The translations under genes were made by a program, and so were the position numbers. From a virus (Duplodnaviria; Caudoviricetes), in the IMG/VR virus record IMGVR_UViG_2684622926_000002, positions 1 through 64,000 of that record: a stretch of 64,000 nt of DNA; one strand, given 5' to 3'. Every line of letters starts with the position of its first letter. Within the stretch, counting starts at the first letter, position 1. Below, piece after piece: positions 63,237 through 64,000 of the stretch. The notes under the pieces were generated by a model. The model was not told the origin of the DNA and did not search any database. It saw only the letters and a list, made by a program, of their open reading frames with translations.

Positions 63237-63854
63237 TTATAAAAATTTATTTTTCAACATCTCTAATTCAATCCCGGAACTGCTTTTTATTGCGGCAAAA
63301 TACCCTGTTAAAAAATCCTCACCACTTTTTTTCAGTTTATCAATTGCATTCCAATTGGTTTTAAATCTTTTGGCAATATCAACAATCGATAATGGTTTAA
63401 CCATGTAGAGTTTCTCCTCTCTGATACCTCGGGCAATTTTTTTAGAATTTGGCAAATCATGAAAACCTTGCGCTTGTCTTTTCCATTCCTCTTTAACACA
63501 GCCATCCACAGCTATATAGTCAGTAACCTCTTGTTTTTCACCCCAATAATAGAGTATCAAGGTATTATATATATCTTTGGATTGAGGTATGTTCAAAGAT
63601 AAGATAGCCAAAAGTGCATCGTTAATTAGCATTGCATCATTATCAGAACAGACTTCTTTAAGTTTTTTTGGCTGTGAATGGTAATATAATAGTGTATTTT
63701 GTTTTAAATAAAGGTTTTTTCTTGACCAATTGCCAAAACGCATACATACATCAGTAATATCATAATCAGCTTTAAATCTCACTTTTGCGATCGACTTATC
63801 CGCTGTTTTTGGTTTTTCATCTTCTTTATATTTATACTCTGTCACTATTTTCAC
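63237..63854 (-). CDS. Late-gene antitermination protein Q (lambdoid)
   Basis: DI.DV..RFGNWS...CSDNDAMLIND...LILYY...IA.RF.......GEDFL.GY; located at the head of the late operon. Confidence 0.7.
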   Translation of the reverse strand: MKIVTEYKYKEDEKPKTADKSIAKVRFKADYDITDVCMRFGNWSRKNLYLKQNTLLYYHSQPKKLKEVCSDNDAMLINDALLAILSLNIPQSKDIYNTLILYYWGEKQEVTDYIAVDGCVKEEWKRQAQGFHDLPNSKKIARGIREEKLYMVKPLSIVDIAKRFKTNWNAIDKLKKSGEDFLTGYFAAIKSSSGIELEMLKNKFL

Positions 63855-64000
63855 CCTTAAAATTTTTCAAGTTCCTGACACTACTCTGTTTTTAATTCGA
63901 TATTTAGTTCGCTTTTTAATTACTAGGAACGTAAATGGTTAAATATCAGCGATGATTGCTATTGTTACTCTTACGTCAGCTGTTCAATGTCCTTTTACTG

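Larger units (their letters stand above)
37454..63900 (-). mobile_element. Defective lambdoid prophage-derived region; the intact part is a headless lysis plus tail module
   Basis: Gene content above; no capsid, portal, large terminase, integrase or replication genes in the window. Confidence 0.85.

Noticed and set aside
37454-64000. Complete inducible prophage
   Set aside because: No capsid, portal, TerL, integrase, repressor or replication genes in the window, and terS is a pseudogene.
63855-64000. LexA box controlling Q
   Set aside because: No full CTG-N10-CAG site is visible; the window ends in TACTG, so it cannot be judged.

Overview
AT-rich bacterial accessory region, probably gammaproteobacterial; an Orbaceae/Gilliamella-like gut symbiont is only a guess. 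It has three blocks. (1) 1-9 kb: six tandem genes for secreted Sel1-like-repeat proteins, separated by a conserved ~300 bp spacer. (2) 9-37.4 kb: a decayed Rhs polymorphic-toxin cassette array. It holds about 13 orphan Rhs tips (RES, Tox-ARC, TNT, SHH/HNH, NTase-like, Ntox24-like, ART-like, URI-like), mostly broken, with intact immunity-like genes, NADAR and DUF4291 pseudogenes, IS3/IS5 remnants and a repeated ~0.6 kb non-coding element. (3) 37.4-64 kb: a lambdoid phage-derived region read on the minus strand. It runs Q antiterminator, enzyme morons, a destroyed terS, holin-endolysin-spanins, and then directly an intact tail operon (tube-G/T-TMP-M-L-K-I-J-fibre-chaperone) with no head genes, which is the gene order of an F-type tailocin. 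Inside this tail operon is a cas-less type I-E CRISPR array (6 spacers, with leader) plus a solitary degenerate repeat. The fibre gene is followed by two headless, oppositely oriented fibre C-termini that share in-frame crossover-like motifs, suggesting host-range switching by inversion.
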